DNA from: an uncultured Hyperthermus sp.
GTDB lineage: Archaea; Thermoproteota; Thermoprotei_A; Sulfolobales; Pyrodictiaceae
Reading direction: 5' to 3'
Assembly (NCBI GenBank): GCA_964542985.1
Contig: CAZIWH010000002.1
Location: 3,674-67,673, forward strand
DNA: 64,000 nt
Shown here piece by piece: positions 26,578-35,244 of this stretch; the stretch's first letter is position 1; each line of letters opens with the position of its first letter. A program made the translations under genes and the position numbers. A model generated the notes under the pieces. The model ran no database searches. It worked only from the letters and a program-made list of their open reading frames with translations, and had not been told where the DNA came from.

Positions 26578-26832
26578 GTGTCCACTGCTGGGCTGAAGGG
26601 CATCAACGCGGTTGGCCACCGCGGCTGGGTACAGGTCAAGTGCAGAATATGTGCCACCAAGCTTGACACGACGCTAGACATAGTCTACGTGTGTCCACAC
26701 TGCCGCGACAAGTACGATGCCTACTTCTGCGCAGCCGACGCTAAGAGGCTACACTACCGCTGCCCGTTCTGCGGCCGTAGCCTCGAGCTGATAACCCCCT
26801 GGATAGCCGAAAAGCGCGGCATGGGCCGCTAA
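26578..26832 (+). CDS. Small multi-Cys zinc-ribbon protein
   Basis: KCRICATKL…VCPHCRDKY…FCAAD…YRCPFCGRSL gives three CxxC pairs plus one Cys. The start is set at GTG 26578. The upstream part of the track ORF (from 26440) looks non-coding. Confidence 0.45.
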   Translation: MSTAGLKGINAVGHRGWVQVKCRICATKLDTTLDIVYVCPHCRDKYDAYFCAADAKRLHYRCPFCGRSLELITPWIAEKRGMGR

Positions 26833-26873
26833 AGGTCTCTGGGCGCCGAGGCCCGCCAGGGGGTGCACGTATT

Positions 26874-27344
26874 TTGTTCGTCCCCCCTGCATCGAAGCAG
26901 CCCGAGGTAGTTGAGGCCGAGCTAGGGGTACGCGAATACTGGTTCGAAACCCATCGACGCCTCATAATAATCCCCGATGGAGACGAAGTAGTGGTCTCGA
27001 TAGACGTCTATGCCGAAGTCCCCTGTCCTCCCGGGGAGCCCGCCCTCGAGGCAGGCGGAGCTAGGCTACATTACGTTCCCCTAGAGGGAGTCAAGGCCCC
27101 CCCAGGGCTGGAGGTCAGGGAGGCGCTCCTAACAATCCTGGAGACCCTTGAGGGCTGTGAGGCCGTGAACGTCAGGCTGAGGGCGGCGGCCGGGGAGATA
27201 AGCCGGGAGCAGGTCTTGGCCCTCTACCGCTCTGCAGTGTTTATAGTTGAGCACCGCGATCCCTTCGAGAGCCCGCTGCCGAGCCCGCCGCTTGTAGCAA
27301 GGGTCTACGAGGCCAGGACAACGATGCGGAGGCGTAGGCGATAA
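26874..27344 (+). CDS. Hypothetical protein immediately upstream of DNA ligase
   Basis: 156-aa ORF with a TTG start and no recognised motif. It is co-directional and tightly spaced with the Zn-ribbon gene and lig. Confidence 0.35.
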   Translation: MFVPPASKQPEVVEAELGVREYWFETHRRLIIIPDGDEVVVSIDVYAEVPCPPGEPALEAGGARLHYVPLEGVKAPPGLEVREALLTILETLEGCEAVNVRLRAAAGEISREQVLALYRSAVFIVEHRDPFESPLPSPPLVARVYEARTTMRRRRR

Positions 27345-27409
27345 GCCCGGCGGCTCTTATGAGCCTCTACGCCGCCTATTCTCCACTCTGGGGCTGTCGC
27401 ATCGTGCCC

Positions 27410-29236
27410 ATGAAATTCTCCTTGCTGGCTGAGACCTTTGAGAAGATAGAGAGGGTAACCTCGAGGACGCAGATGCTGCTCTACCTCGTAGAGCTGTTCA
27501 AGAAGACTCCTCCCGATGTCGTTGACAAGGTCGTGTACTTCATTCAAGGCAAGCTCTGGCCCGACTGGAAGGGGCTACCCGAACTCGGAGTGGGCGAAAA
27601 GCTTCTCATAAAGGCGGCTTCAATAGCGCTCCATGTCTCTGAGCACGAGATAGAGTCGCTGGCCAAGAAGGTGGGCGATATAGGCAGGGCCATAGAGATA
27701 ATAAAGACCGAGAAGATGAAGAAGGGTGTCTCTGCTCCTGGTCTCCTCGCATTCATAAAGAAGTCCGCAGCGGAGACAGGGCTCACCGTGGAGAAGGTCT
27801 ACGAGACGCTGGCTAAGATAGCGATGGCGCAGGGCGAGGGGAGTCGGGAGATAAAGCTCAAGCTGCTCGCCGGCCTCCTCGCAGAGGCTTCGCCCAAGGA
27901 GGCGAAATACATAGCGAGGTTTGTTGAGGGACGGCTGAGGCTCGGCGTGGGAGATGCGACAATAATGGAGGCATTGGCAGTAGTCTACGCGGGCAGTGCT
28001 GCCCTCAAGCCCGTGGTCGAGAGGGCCTACAATCTCAGGGCGGATCTCGGCATGATAGCCAAGATACTGGCTACTCAGGGCATAGAGGCTCTCAAGAACA
28101 TTAAGCCCGAAGTGGGCATTCCGATAAGGCCAATGCTGGCTGAGAGGCTTAACGACCCGGTGGAGATACTGAAGAAGCTTGGCGGCCGCGCCTTGGTTGA
28201 GTACAAGTATGACGGCGAGCGCGCGCAGATACACAAGAAGGATGATAAGGTATGGATATTCTCTAGGCGCCTCGAGAACATAACACACATGTACCCGGAT
28301 GTAGTGGAGATGGCTAGGAAGCAGGTGAAGGCAAAGGAAGCAATAGTAGAGGGAGAGATAGTCGCGATAAACCCGGAGACCGGAGAGCTGCAACCCTTCC
28401 AGGTTCTAATGAGGCGCCGCAGAAAGCACGACGTTCGCATAGCTATGGAGGAGATACCGGTAGCGGTATTCCTCTTCGACACCATGTACATTGAAGGCGA
28501 GGACTTGACTGTAAAGCCGTTACCCTATCGTCACAGCAAGCTCGAGGAGATAATAGAGCGGGGCGAACGCTTCCAACTAGCCAAGGGAATATCTACAAGC
28601 GACCCAGACGAGCTGGAGCGCTTCTTCCTCCAGGCGATAGAGGACGGCGCCGAAGGAGTTATGGCGAAGGCATTGCACGATAAGAGTATCTATCAAGCAG
28701 GTGCCAGGGGCTGGCTGTGGATAAAGTACAAGCGCGACTACAAGTCGGAGATGAGCGATACAGTGGACCTTGTGGTCATAGGAGCGTTCTACGGCAAGGG
28801 CCGCCGCGGCGGCAAGTTTGGAGCATTGCTCATGGCCGCCTACGACCCCGACACTGATACATTCAAGAGCGTCTGCAAGGTGGGTAGCGGCTTCACGGAC
28901 GAGGATCTTGAGAGGTTGAACGAGATGCTCAAGCCCTATATGAGGCAGACGAAGCCGCCACGCGTAGACAGCCAAATGAAGCCCGACGTATGGGTTGAGC
29001 CAGCCCTAGTGGCCGAGATAATCGGTGCAGAGTTGACGCTAAGCCCGATACACACCTGCTGCTATGGCTGGGTCAGGCCGGGCGCCGGCATCTCGATAAG
29101 GTTCCCGAGGTTCATACGCTGGAGGCCCGACAAGGGCCCCGAGGATGCCACGACCACCAAGGAACTCTACGAGATGTACAAGAGGCAGCTACGCAAGATA
29201 GAGGAGAAGCGTGAAGCATTGAACCGAGCAAGATAA
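27410..29236 (+). CDS. lig: ATP-dependent DNA ligase
   Basis: Adenylation motif EYKYDGERAQIH, …FLFD…, …EGVMAK…, …WLWIKYKRDY… and an OB domain. The start at ATG 27410 (MKFSLLAETFEKIE) is typical of archaeal Lig. Confidence 0.95.
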   Translation: MKFSLLAETFEKIERVTSRTQMLLYLVELFKKTPPDVVDKVVYFIQGKLWPDWKGLPELGVGEKLLIKAASIALHVSEHEIESLAKKVGDIGRAIEIIKTEKMKKGVSAPGLLAFIKKSAAETGLTVEKVYETLAKIAMAQGEGSREIKLKLLAGLLAEASPKEAKYIARFVEGRLRLGVGDATIMEALAVVYAGSAALKPVVERAYNLRADLGMIAKILATQGIEALKNIKPEVGIPIRPMLAERLNDPVEILKKLGGRALVEYKYDGERAQIHKKDDKVWIFSRRLENITHMYPDVVEMARKQVKAKEAIVEGEIVAINPETGELQPFQVLMRRRRKHDVRIAMEEIPVAVFLFDTMYIEGEDLTVKPLPYRHSKLEEIIERGERFQLAKGISTSDPDELERFFLQAIEDGAEGVMAKALHDKSIYQAGARGWLWIKYKRDYKSEMSDTVDLVVIGAFYGKGRRGGKFGALLMAAYDPDTDTFKSVCKVGSGFTDEDLERLNEMLKPYMRQTKPPRVDSQMKPDVWVEPALVAEIIGAELTLSPIHTCCYGWVRPGAGISIRFPRFIRWRPDKGPEDATTTKELYEMYKRQLRKIEEKREALNRAR

Positions 29237-29458
29237 ACCCCCTAGGCTGCCCTTTATCTCTACGCCACGGCGGTGAGGACTACCCGGCAAGTAGGAGCCG
29301 AGGAGCAGCTCCGGCCATGACTGTTCAGAGTTTCGCCGAGCCGCCATCCTATGTCCGTCTGGGGGAGAAGGGGGCGGTGAAGAGGAACCCCCACTGCATG
29401 TGGGGTCTACCCCCACCGTTTGACTCCCCGCGGGGGAGGGTGATGCGGGGCCGGCGCT

Positions 29459-30988
29459 TCAGAGCCCCATGTCCCTGTGCTTCTCTTTCTTCTTGCTGTT
29501 GAGTCCGATAAGTATCTCTAACAGCTTCTTTGGGGTCAAGGTGCCTATTAGTTCGCCTTTCATGTTGACCACGGCTAGTATGGGTTCGCGGAGCAGTGAA
29601 TGATCGGATATTAGCTCAACTATGGTAGTGTCGCCCCTCACTATGGGAACCTCTGTCCTAAGGAAGAAGCGTGCCGGTATATTGTCTAGAAGCCTCGGGT
29701 CGGCGTCCACGAAGTCCTCAGCTACCACGTAGCCTATAGGCCTCATCTTCTCGTCAACTACTACAGCGGCGCCTTTCTCAGCAACTATCCTGGCCGCGTA
29801 GGATGCTCGTTCGTTAGCATGGACTATGTCCATCTCGAGTTCTAAGTCTGTTAGCTTCATTCTAGCTACATCGGGCTTACGCGCCTCTAGTGGGAAGGAT
29901 ATCGAGGAGAGTATTGTAGAGACCACTATGGCTAGTAGGGCTGCCGTATAAAGGCTGTGGGGTATCATGTACGCCTGGAGCAGGGCGAGCAGTAGCGCTG
30001 CGTCAACACCGCCTTTGGCCAGCAGTACGAGCGTCTCTCTCCCGTGGAAGCCTAGAGCCTTCGCGGCCAAGATCTTTGGGATGGCGGCTGCCCCGAGTAT
30101 AGCTGCCGTGTAGGCCAGCGTTATGGGGGTTGGCTTCACCGCGTAGATGCCTATGCCTATGAAGAAGAGGGGCTCGAGGAACCCGTAGGTGAAGGCTCTT
30201 ATGCGTTCCAGGTAGAGGGGCCTTAGCTCCATGTATTCTGAGAGGAAGACTCCGAGAAGCAGTGCGGTGACGGCAGCGTTGAATCCCATCATTTCAGCAA
30301 TATAGCCAGCCATTATAACTATTGAAACTACGATAGCGAATGGTGCCTCCTTAACAGCCATGTGTCTTTCAATGAACATTAACAGTTCGTCGAAGTAGTG
30401 ACGTCCAAACATATAGATAGCTGCCACAAAGATTACGGTCTCCACGAACTTGATGAGAGCAACACCCTGTACAAGCGTGTTGAAGAAAATCAGCCCGGCA
30501 ACCTCAGCAGTTAAGCCTACTTTGAGTGCGCTGTACTCCCGTTGGCCCAGCCCGCCCTTCGCAAGAAGAATCTTCATTAACGGGCCCGCACTGACGATAG
30601 CCATGGTGACGCCTAGGGCTAGTGCAGTCTCGGCTGTGATGCTGGCAGTGAGCCAGAGAAGAAGCCCAACAGCAACGCTTGGTGCAGCAAGAACTAGCGC
30701 CGAGACGAGCATCTCCCTCCGGTTAGGCCGGAGCATCGAGGAATCCGATAGCTCCTCCACACCGGCAAGGAACAGTGTAAAGTTGATACCAAGGATGAAC
30801 AGGATTATCGCAGGAGCCAGCTCCGAGGGCTTGACAAGGCCGAGCACGGCGTCACTCAGCAGCAACCCCATTAGCACGCTGCCCACGAAACCTGGCAGCC
30901 TAAGCCTCTCGGCAGCTTCCTCCCCCGTCTTGGAGAGGAGGAGGAGAGCACCAACAAGCACGGCCGCCTGTATAGTGCTGTGCTCCAA
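29459..30988 (-). CDS. CPA2-type cation:proton antiporter with C-terminal CBS pair
   Basis: About 11 hydrophobic helices with a Kef/NapA-like N-terminus …LLLLSKTGEEAAERLRLPGFVGSVLMGLLL… The C-terminal …AAVVVDEKMRPIGYVV… and …ILAVVNMKGELIGTLT… are CBS motifs. TTG start. Confidence 0.8.
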   Translation of the reverse strand: MEHSTIQAAVLVGALLLLSKTGEEAAERLRLPGFVGSVLMGLLLSDAVLGLVKPSELAPAIILFILGINFTLFLAGVEELSDSSMLRPNRREMLVSALVLAAPSVAVGLLLWLTASITAETALALGVTMAIVSAGPLMKILLAKGGLGQREYSALKVGLTAEVAGLIFFNTLVQGVALIKFVETVIFVAAIYMFGRHYFDELLMFIERHMAVKEAPFAIVVSIVIMAGYIAEMMGFNAAVTALLLGVFLSEYMELRPLYLERIRAFTYGFLEPLFFIGIGIYAVKPTPITLAYTAAILGAAAIPKILAAKALGFHGRETLVLLAKGGVDAALLLALLQAYMIPHSLYTAALLAIVVSTILSSISFPLEARKPDVARMKLTDLELEMDIVHANERASYAARIVAEKGAAVVVDEKMRPIGYVVAEDFVDADPRLLDNIPARFFLRTEVPIVRGDTTIVELISDHSLLREPILAVVNMKGELIGTLTPKKLLEILIGLNSKKKEKHRDMGL

Positions 30989-31157
30989 GACTCGGAAGCC
31001 CTCCAGGCAGCGCCTCCGGAGCCTCCAGGGGAGAGCCCTAGAGGGCTGCCACGCGGGTGGCGTACGTCCAGGCTCCGGGGCAAAAAGACCCGTGAACGGC
31101 CAGGACTACAGCCCGTAGAGAAAGCCGGCTAGCATGTGCCCCCTGTAGAGATAGGGG

Positions 31158-31676
31158 TTACATGAAGCTTGTTCCAGACGGTTCTCCGTGCTTCGCCGCC
31201 TCAAGCACGGGCTCGGGGAAGCGGTGCATTAGCTCGGTGTTTACTAGGAGGAATATGTTGACTAGCCTGGCTAGGTCGTCTAGGAGCCTCTGTTTCGCCA
31301 GGGTTTCGGCGTAGTATACTATCTCTGCTATTATGAGTTCCGGGGTGAGCATACCTCCTTGCACAGCGAGCCTGCAGTAGGGGCATAGGAGGAGGAGCCT
31401 GCGGGTAAGCTCGGCCATGAAGCTTACCCTCTCGGCGTCCTCGAGCTCCTTGAGCTTCTCGCGGTGGATGTCGGAAAAGTTCACGCCAATTCCTGCAATC
31501 ACTATGCCATGCTTGAGGCCTATGAGACGGAGCTTAACCTGCAATGGAGGCGGCGTTGAGACCCCCAGGCCCCACTCAGCGTTCTGGGGAAGAGGGCCCT
31601 GCATCGGGGCCACTATGAAGCCCGCGGAGGCGAGCCAGCTGACTATCTTGTCCCGCAGCTCCTGCATGCTAGACAA
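31158..31676 (-). CDS. Conserved hypothetical protein (possibly DUF2299-like)
   Basis: 172-aa ORF divergent from the KaiC-like gene. My family assignment is only a weak recollection. Confidence 0.3.
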   Translation of the reverse strand: MSSMQELRDKIVSWLASAGFIVAPMQGPLPQNAEWGLGVSTPPPLQVKLRLIGLKHGIVIAGIGVNFSDIHREKLKELEDAERVSFMAELTRRLLLLCPYCRLAVQGGMLTPELIIAEIVYYAETLAKQRLLDDLARLVNIFLLVNTELMHRFPEPVLEAAKHGEPSGTSFM

Positions 31677-31772
31677 GGGCGGTTCCCAGGGAGCCGAGAA
31701 CCAAGGGTCCCAGGTCTTAACGAGTGCGGCTTCCTGCTCTGTGGTGCAGTTGCGCCAGGCTCTGGTAACATG

Positions 31773-31779
31773 TATTTAA
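31773..31779 (+). promoter_or_regulatory. TATA box (TATTTAA) for the leaderless KaiC-like gene
   Basis: It ends 28 nt before the GTG at 31808 and there is no SD motif. Confidence 0.55.
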
Positions 31780-31807
31780 CCCGTCTAAGGGTTCCACATC
31801 TACCTGG

Positions 31808-32581
31808 GTGAGTAGTGTGCCCTTCAAGATAGAGCGTGTGAAGACCGGTATACCTGGCTTCGACGAGATACTCTACGGTGGCATCCCGAAGAGGAATGTC
31901 GTGCTGCTCAGCGGAGGCCCTGGCACCGGGAAGACCATTATGAGTCAACAGTACCTCTGGAACGGCCTACAAATGGGTGAGCCCGGTGTCTATGTGGCGC
32001 TGGAGGAGCACCCCGTCCAGATAAGGATAAATATGGCTCAGTTTGGCTGGGACGTCCGCCCCTACGAGCGTGAAGGCGTCTTCGCGATAGTTGATGCCTT
32101 CACCGGTGGCATAGGTGAGGCGGCGAAGAGGGAGCGTTACGTAGTCCGCGACCCCACCGATGTAGGGCTGCTGATAGATGTGCTCAAAGAGGCGATAAGG
32201 GACACCGGTGCCCAGCGTGTAGTCATAGACTCGGTCTCCACGCTCTATCTGACGAAGCCCAGCGTCGCCCGCAGCGTGGTAATGCAGCTGAAGCGCGTCC
32301 TCAGCGGCCTCGGCACCACGAGCTTCCTCGTCAGCCAGGTGAGTGTGACGGAGAGGGGCTTCGGCGGCCCCGGCGTGGAGCACGCGGCGGACGGCATAGT
32401 CAGGCTAGACCTAACCGAGATAGAGGGTGAGCTCAAGCGCAGCCTAATAATCTGGAAGATGAGGGGCACGAAGCACAGCATGAAGCGCCATCCCTTCGAG
32501 ATAACCGACAAGGGGATAGTGGTCTATCCCAATAAGGTGCTCCGCATAGCTAGATGGGGGATAAGGGAGGAGGAAATCTAG
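31808..32581 (+). CDS. Single-domain KaiC/RadA-like RecA-superfamily ATPase
   Basis: [29 protein letters not shown] (Walker A), RVVIDSVS (Walker B) and …[12 protein letters not shown]…. Confidence 0.8.
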   Translation: MSSVPFKIERVKTGIPGFDEILYGGIPKRNVVLLSGGPGTGKTIMSQQYLWNGLQMGEPGVYVALEEHPVQIRINMAQFGWDVRPYEREGVFAIVDAFTGGIGEAAKRERYVVRDPTDVGLLIDVLKEAIRDTGAQRVVIDSVSTLYLTKPSVARSVVMQLKRVLSGLGTTSFLVSQVSVTERGFGGPGVEHAADGIVRLDLTEIEGELKRSLIIWKMRGTKHSMKRHPFEITDKGIVVYPNKVLRIARWGIREEEI

Positions 32582-32603
32582 CCACAGGTTGAAGAGAGAA
32601 GGA

Positions 32604-32649
32604 TTTTTGGAGCGGCTTCGGCACGGCTCTTCTTCAGCATCGCCGTGCC
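32604..32649 (+). terminator. T5 tract and 8-bp hairpin after the KaiC-like gene
   Basis: TTTTT at 32604-32608, then GGCACGGC (32620-32627) … GCCGTGCC (32642-32649). Confidence 0.4.
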
Positions 32650-32736
32650 CCCGGTGGGCGGGGCGCGGCTATCGTCGTCGCAGGCGCACCACATCGCCGC
32701 CGGGGGATGCTACAGCGCCTGGAGGGTGTATAATCG

Positions 32737-33225
32737 TTGCCTGCGAAGCTCCCGCCGGAGGTTGTTGAGAGACTTCGCCTTGTGCCTAGGCTCTCCATAG
32801 TTCTCCCAGCGGTGTACTCTGCTACGCCCGTGCTGGCGGCATTCCTCTTGGCTAACGTAGGCGTGCTGTCGCCGGGGGATATGTTGTACGTGTTCACTAT
32901 GCTGTACTTGGCTTCTCTGCCCCTTACGGGGTACGGCGTCTACATGCTTTACATGCTTGCCAAGGGGCTCAGCTGCGCCTCTTCCAGGTTCACGCCACTA
33001 CTAGGGATCCTGGCGATGCTGCCGCTAGGCTACATACTTGCACTAGTCCAGGTGGGCAGGATGGTCAGCGAGTGTAAGCTCGTTGGCACGGAGAGGCTCT
33101 CCCAGCCGATGGTGGACGTGGTGCTGAATGTTATAACATTGGGCCTTCACTCAATCTTTTATGCGATGCTCCTAGAGAGGATAATAGACGCCAACATCGG
33201 TGCCCGGCCTACGGAAAAAGAGTGA
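32737..33225 (+). CDS. Small integral membrane protein (3-4 TM), function unknown
   Basis: Hydrophobic segments LSIVLPAVYSATPVLAAFLLANV, MLYLASLPLTGYGVYMLYML and LLGILAMLPLGYILALV. A TATA-like TGTATAAT at about 32725 suggests the true start is GTG 32782. Confidence 0.4.
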   Translation: MPAKLPPEVVERLRLVPRLSIVLPAVYSATPVLAAFLLANVGVLSPGDMLYVFTMLYLASLPLTGYGVYMLYMLAKGLSCASSRFTPLLGILAMLPLGYILALVQVGRMVSECKLVGTERLSQPMVDVVLNVITLGLHSIFYAMLLERIIDANIGARPTEKE

Positions 33226-33838
33226 AGCAATCCTCCTTTACCGGGCAGCTGCTGCACCAGGGTCCCCTCCGTGGTCTAGGGGCACGCTCGCCGCGCCAAT
33301 AGGCCAGCAGCGGGGCCAGAGTCTCCTCTTCGACGCCGGGATCATGGGCCAGTACGTGAACCGTGAAGCCTCCGGAGGCTACGGGCCTGGGGTGCGTAGC
33401 ATCGCCGAGGATGATTAGGGCCCGGTAGATGTCCTCCGGCGCCACGCCCACGAGGAGAGCTAGCCGTGCGTCGTTGCACATGAGGCCCAGCGAGTTGAGC
33501 ATGGCGGCGTAGGTGTAGAGCTTCACTCTGTCACCCGGGTACAGCTTATGCCTCCTCGACTGCCTTGCTGCATAGAGTGCCGCCACACAGTTGCCGCGGA
33601 ACACGGCGGCCGGAGGCCTTCCCACAATAGGGACGCCTTGAAGCACGGTGGCGATGGGCACGGAGAGAGTGAACACCTCATCCCTCCGCGGTGGTAGCTT
33701 CCTTCTCGCCTCCAATAATGTTTCCAGCACGAGCCTAGCCCTGCTCGGCGAGGGCTTCCTCTCTTCGAGGCCTGTCGTGAGGCGAAGATCGAGCCTCGCC
33801 TCGCAGAACACTTGCTCGGCGAGCATTGAGGGTGTCAC
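33209..33838 (-). CDS. Cas4/DUF83-like PD-(D/E)xK-fold protein with a 4-Cys cluster; catalytic residues apparently substituted
   Basis: N-terminal Cys (QVFCEARL) plus C-terminal CSSCPVKEDC (C-x2-C-x5-C) is the Cas4 Fe-S signature. The central region IVGRPPAAV…ALYAAR…KLYTY aligns by eye to Cas4 GRxD…ExK…QxxxY. Confidence 0.5.
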   Translation of the reverse strand: MTPSMLAEQVFCEARLDLRLTTGLEERKPSPSRARLVLETLLEARRKLPPRRDEVFTLSVPIATVLQGVPIVGRPPAAVFRGNCVAALYAARQSRRHKLYPGDRVKLYTYAAMLNSLGLMCNDARLALLVGVAPEDIYRALIILGDATHPRPVASGGFTVHVLAHDPGVEEETLAPLLAYWRGERAPRPRRGPWCSSCPVKEDCFTLFP

Positions 33839-33900
33839 GTAGGGTAGGCCGTGACGGAGGCAGCAGTACTCGCCGCGTGTAACCGCCTCAAGCAGGAGCC

Positions 33901-35244
33901 TTGCCTCCTCTAGCGCCTCCTCTAGGCTTCTCGGCAGGGCCTCTCTACCCTCGCCTCAGCTACGATGCCGGAGGGTGGCCTAAGACTTATCCCTCCAGGC
34001 TCCTGGCTGCTCTCCCCGCTGGAGGGGATAGCGCACTGCCCGACTACACTAGGTTCTACTCAAGCCTCGCAGTAGGAATGAAGGCCTCGGACATAAGGGA
34101 GCTGCTCAAGCTTGCCGAGAAGGGTGACGTGATAAGTCTCGCCGGTGGGCTCCCCGACCCTGCTACATTCCCCTACGAGGCCATAGCCGAGATAGCCTCT
34201 TATGTAGTCAAGGAGTATGGCTCCAAGGCGCTCCAGTATAGCCCCACCCGTGGCGTCGGTTACTTCCTCAATGCAGTGGCCGAGTTCGCGCGCAGGAACG
34301 GCATAAAGGTAGCCGAGGAGGACGGGGTAATAGCCACGGTGGGTTCACAGCAGGGCCTCTACCTCATAGGCCGCGCGCTTCTAGACCCGGGCGACATGGT
34401 TGTTATGGAGGAGCCCGCCTATCTGGGGGCTATACAAGCGTTCCGTGTAACCGGGGCCAGGTTCCTCACAGTGCCCATAGACGAGCAGGGCCTTAAGACC
34501 GACATCCTAGAGGAGAAGATGAGAAGCCTCTCCCCCGAGGAGAGGAGGAGGGCCAAGATAGTCTACACTGTGGCCACATGTAACAACCCTGCAGGCACGA
34601 CTATGCCGGAGGAGAGGAGGAAGCACCTCCTCGAGATAGCCGAGGAATACGATTTGCTCATAGTTGAGGATGACCCATACCGTTACATAACGTTTGAGCA
34701 GGTGGAGGCAAGGCCCATAAAGACGCTGGACGAGTCGGGCCGGGTGATATACATGAGCTCCTTCAGTAAGATACTTGCACCGGGTCTCCGCCTCGGCTGG
34801 ATAGTGGCTCCGGAGCCTATAGTCAACAAGCTCGAGCTGGTGAAGCAGGCTGTGGACCTCCACACCCCGAGCCTAACACAGTACATAGCTGCCGAGGCTA
34901 TAAACAGGGGGATAATAGACGAGCACATACCTAGGATAAGGAGCCTCTACAAGACGAAGAGGGATGCGCTCCTCGAGGCGTTGGAGAGATACATGCCCGA
35001 GGGTGTGGAGTGGACACGTCCAATAGGCGGGTTCTTCGTCTGGGTCTGGTTCCCCGAGAAGGTGAACACCCGGGAGCTACTGAAGAAGGCGGTGGAGAAG
35101 GGTGTGGCCTTCGTCCCAGGTGACGCCTTCTACCCCAACGGCGGCGGCTGGAGCACAGCGAGGCTCAACTTCAGCTACCCGCCGAGAGAGGTCTTCGACG
35201 AGGCCATAGCGAGGCTCAGAGAGGCGCTCGACGAGCTGCTTTAA
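33901..35244 (+). CDS. Class I/II PLP-dependent aminotransferase (LysN/2-aminoadipate or kynurenine aminotransferase-like)
   Basis: …MKASDIRELLKL…ISLAGGLPDP…NNPAGTTM…SFSKILAPGLRLGW (PLP Lys)…ARLNFSY… The N-terminal about 45 aa of the ORF may not be translated. Confidence 0.85.
   Translation: MPPLAPPLGFSAGPLYPRLSYDAGGWPKTYPSRLLAALPAGGDSALPDYTRFYSSLAVGMKASDIRELLKLAEKGDVISLAGGLPDPATFPYEAIAEIASYVVKEYGSKALQYSPTRGVGYFLNAVAEFARRNGIKVAEEDGVIATVGSQQGLYLIGRALLDPGDMVVMEEPAYLGAIQAFRVTGARFLTVPIDEQGLKTDILEEKMRSLSPEERRRAKIVYTVATCNNPAGTTMPEERRKHLLEIAEEYDLLIVEDDPYRYITFEQVEARPIKTLDESGRVIYMSSFSKILAPGLRLGWIVAPEPIVNKLELVKQAVDLHTPSLTQYIAAEAINRGIIDEHIPRIRSLYKTKRDALLEALERYMPEGVEWTRPIGGFFVWVWFPEKVNTRELLKKAVEKGVAFVPGDAFYPNGGGWSTARLNFSYPPREVFDEAIARLREALDELL

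Noticed and set aside
27620-28393. Long antisense ORFs inside well-supported genes. Examples: 257 aa opposite lig, 215 aa at 11791-12438, 222 aa at 30450-31118, 189 aa at 25902-26471 and 163 aa at 57747-58238.
   Set aside because: These are typical stop-poor shadow frames of a GC-rich genome. Their products are low-complexity (Pro/Arg/Ser/Ala-rich), have no motifs, and fully overlap genes with clear homology.
29440-29446. C/D-box sRNA, from a C-box-like GTGATGC near the end of the lig/antiporter spacer.
   Set aside because: It is an imperfect C box, with no CTGA D box at the expected 50-60 nt distance and no C'/D' pair.
30989-31157. The 169-nt spacer upstream of the antiporter, with an AGCCCTAGAGGGCT inverted repeat, as a regulatory or ncRNA candidate.
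   Set aside because: The dyad is short. On the minus strand the spacer contains the T-rich terminator (TCTTTTTG) of the upstream gene and presumably the antiporter promoter. Nothing goes beyond ordinary intergenic signals.
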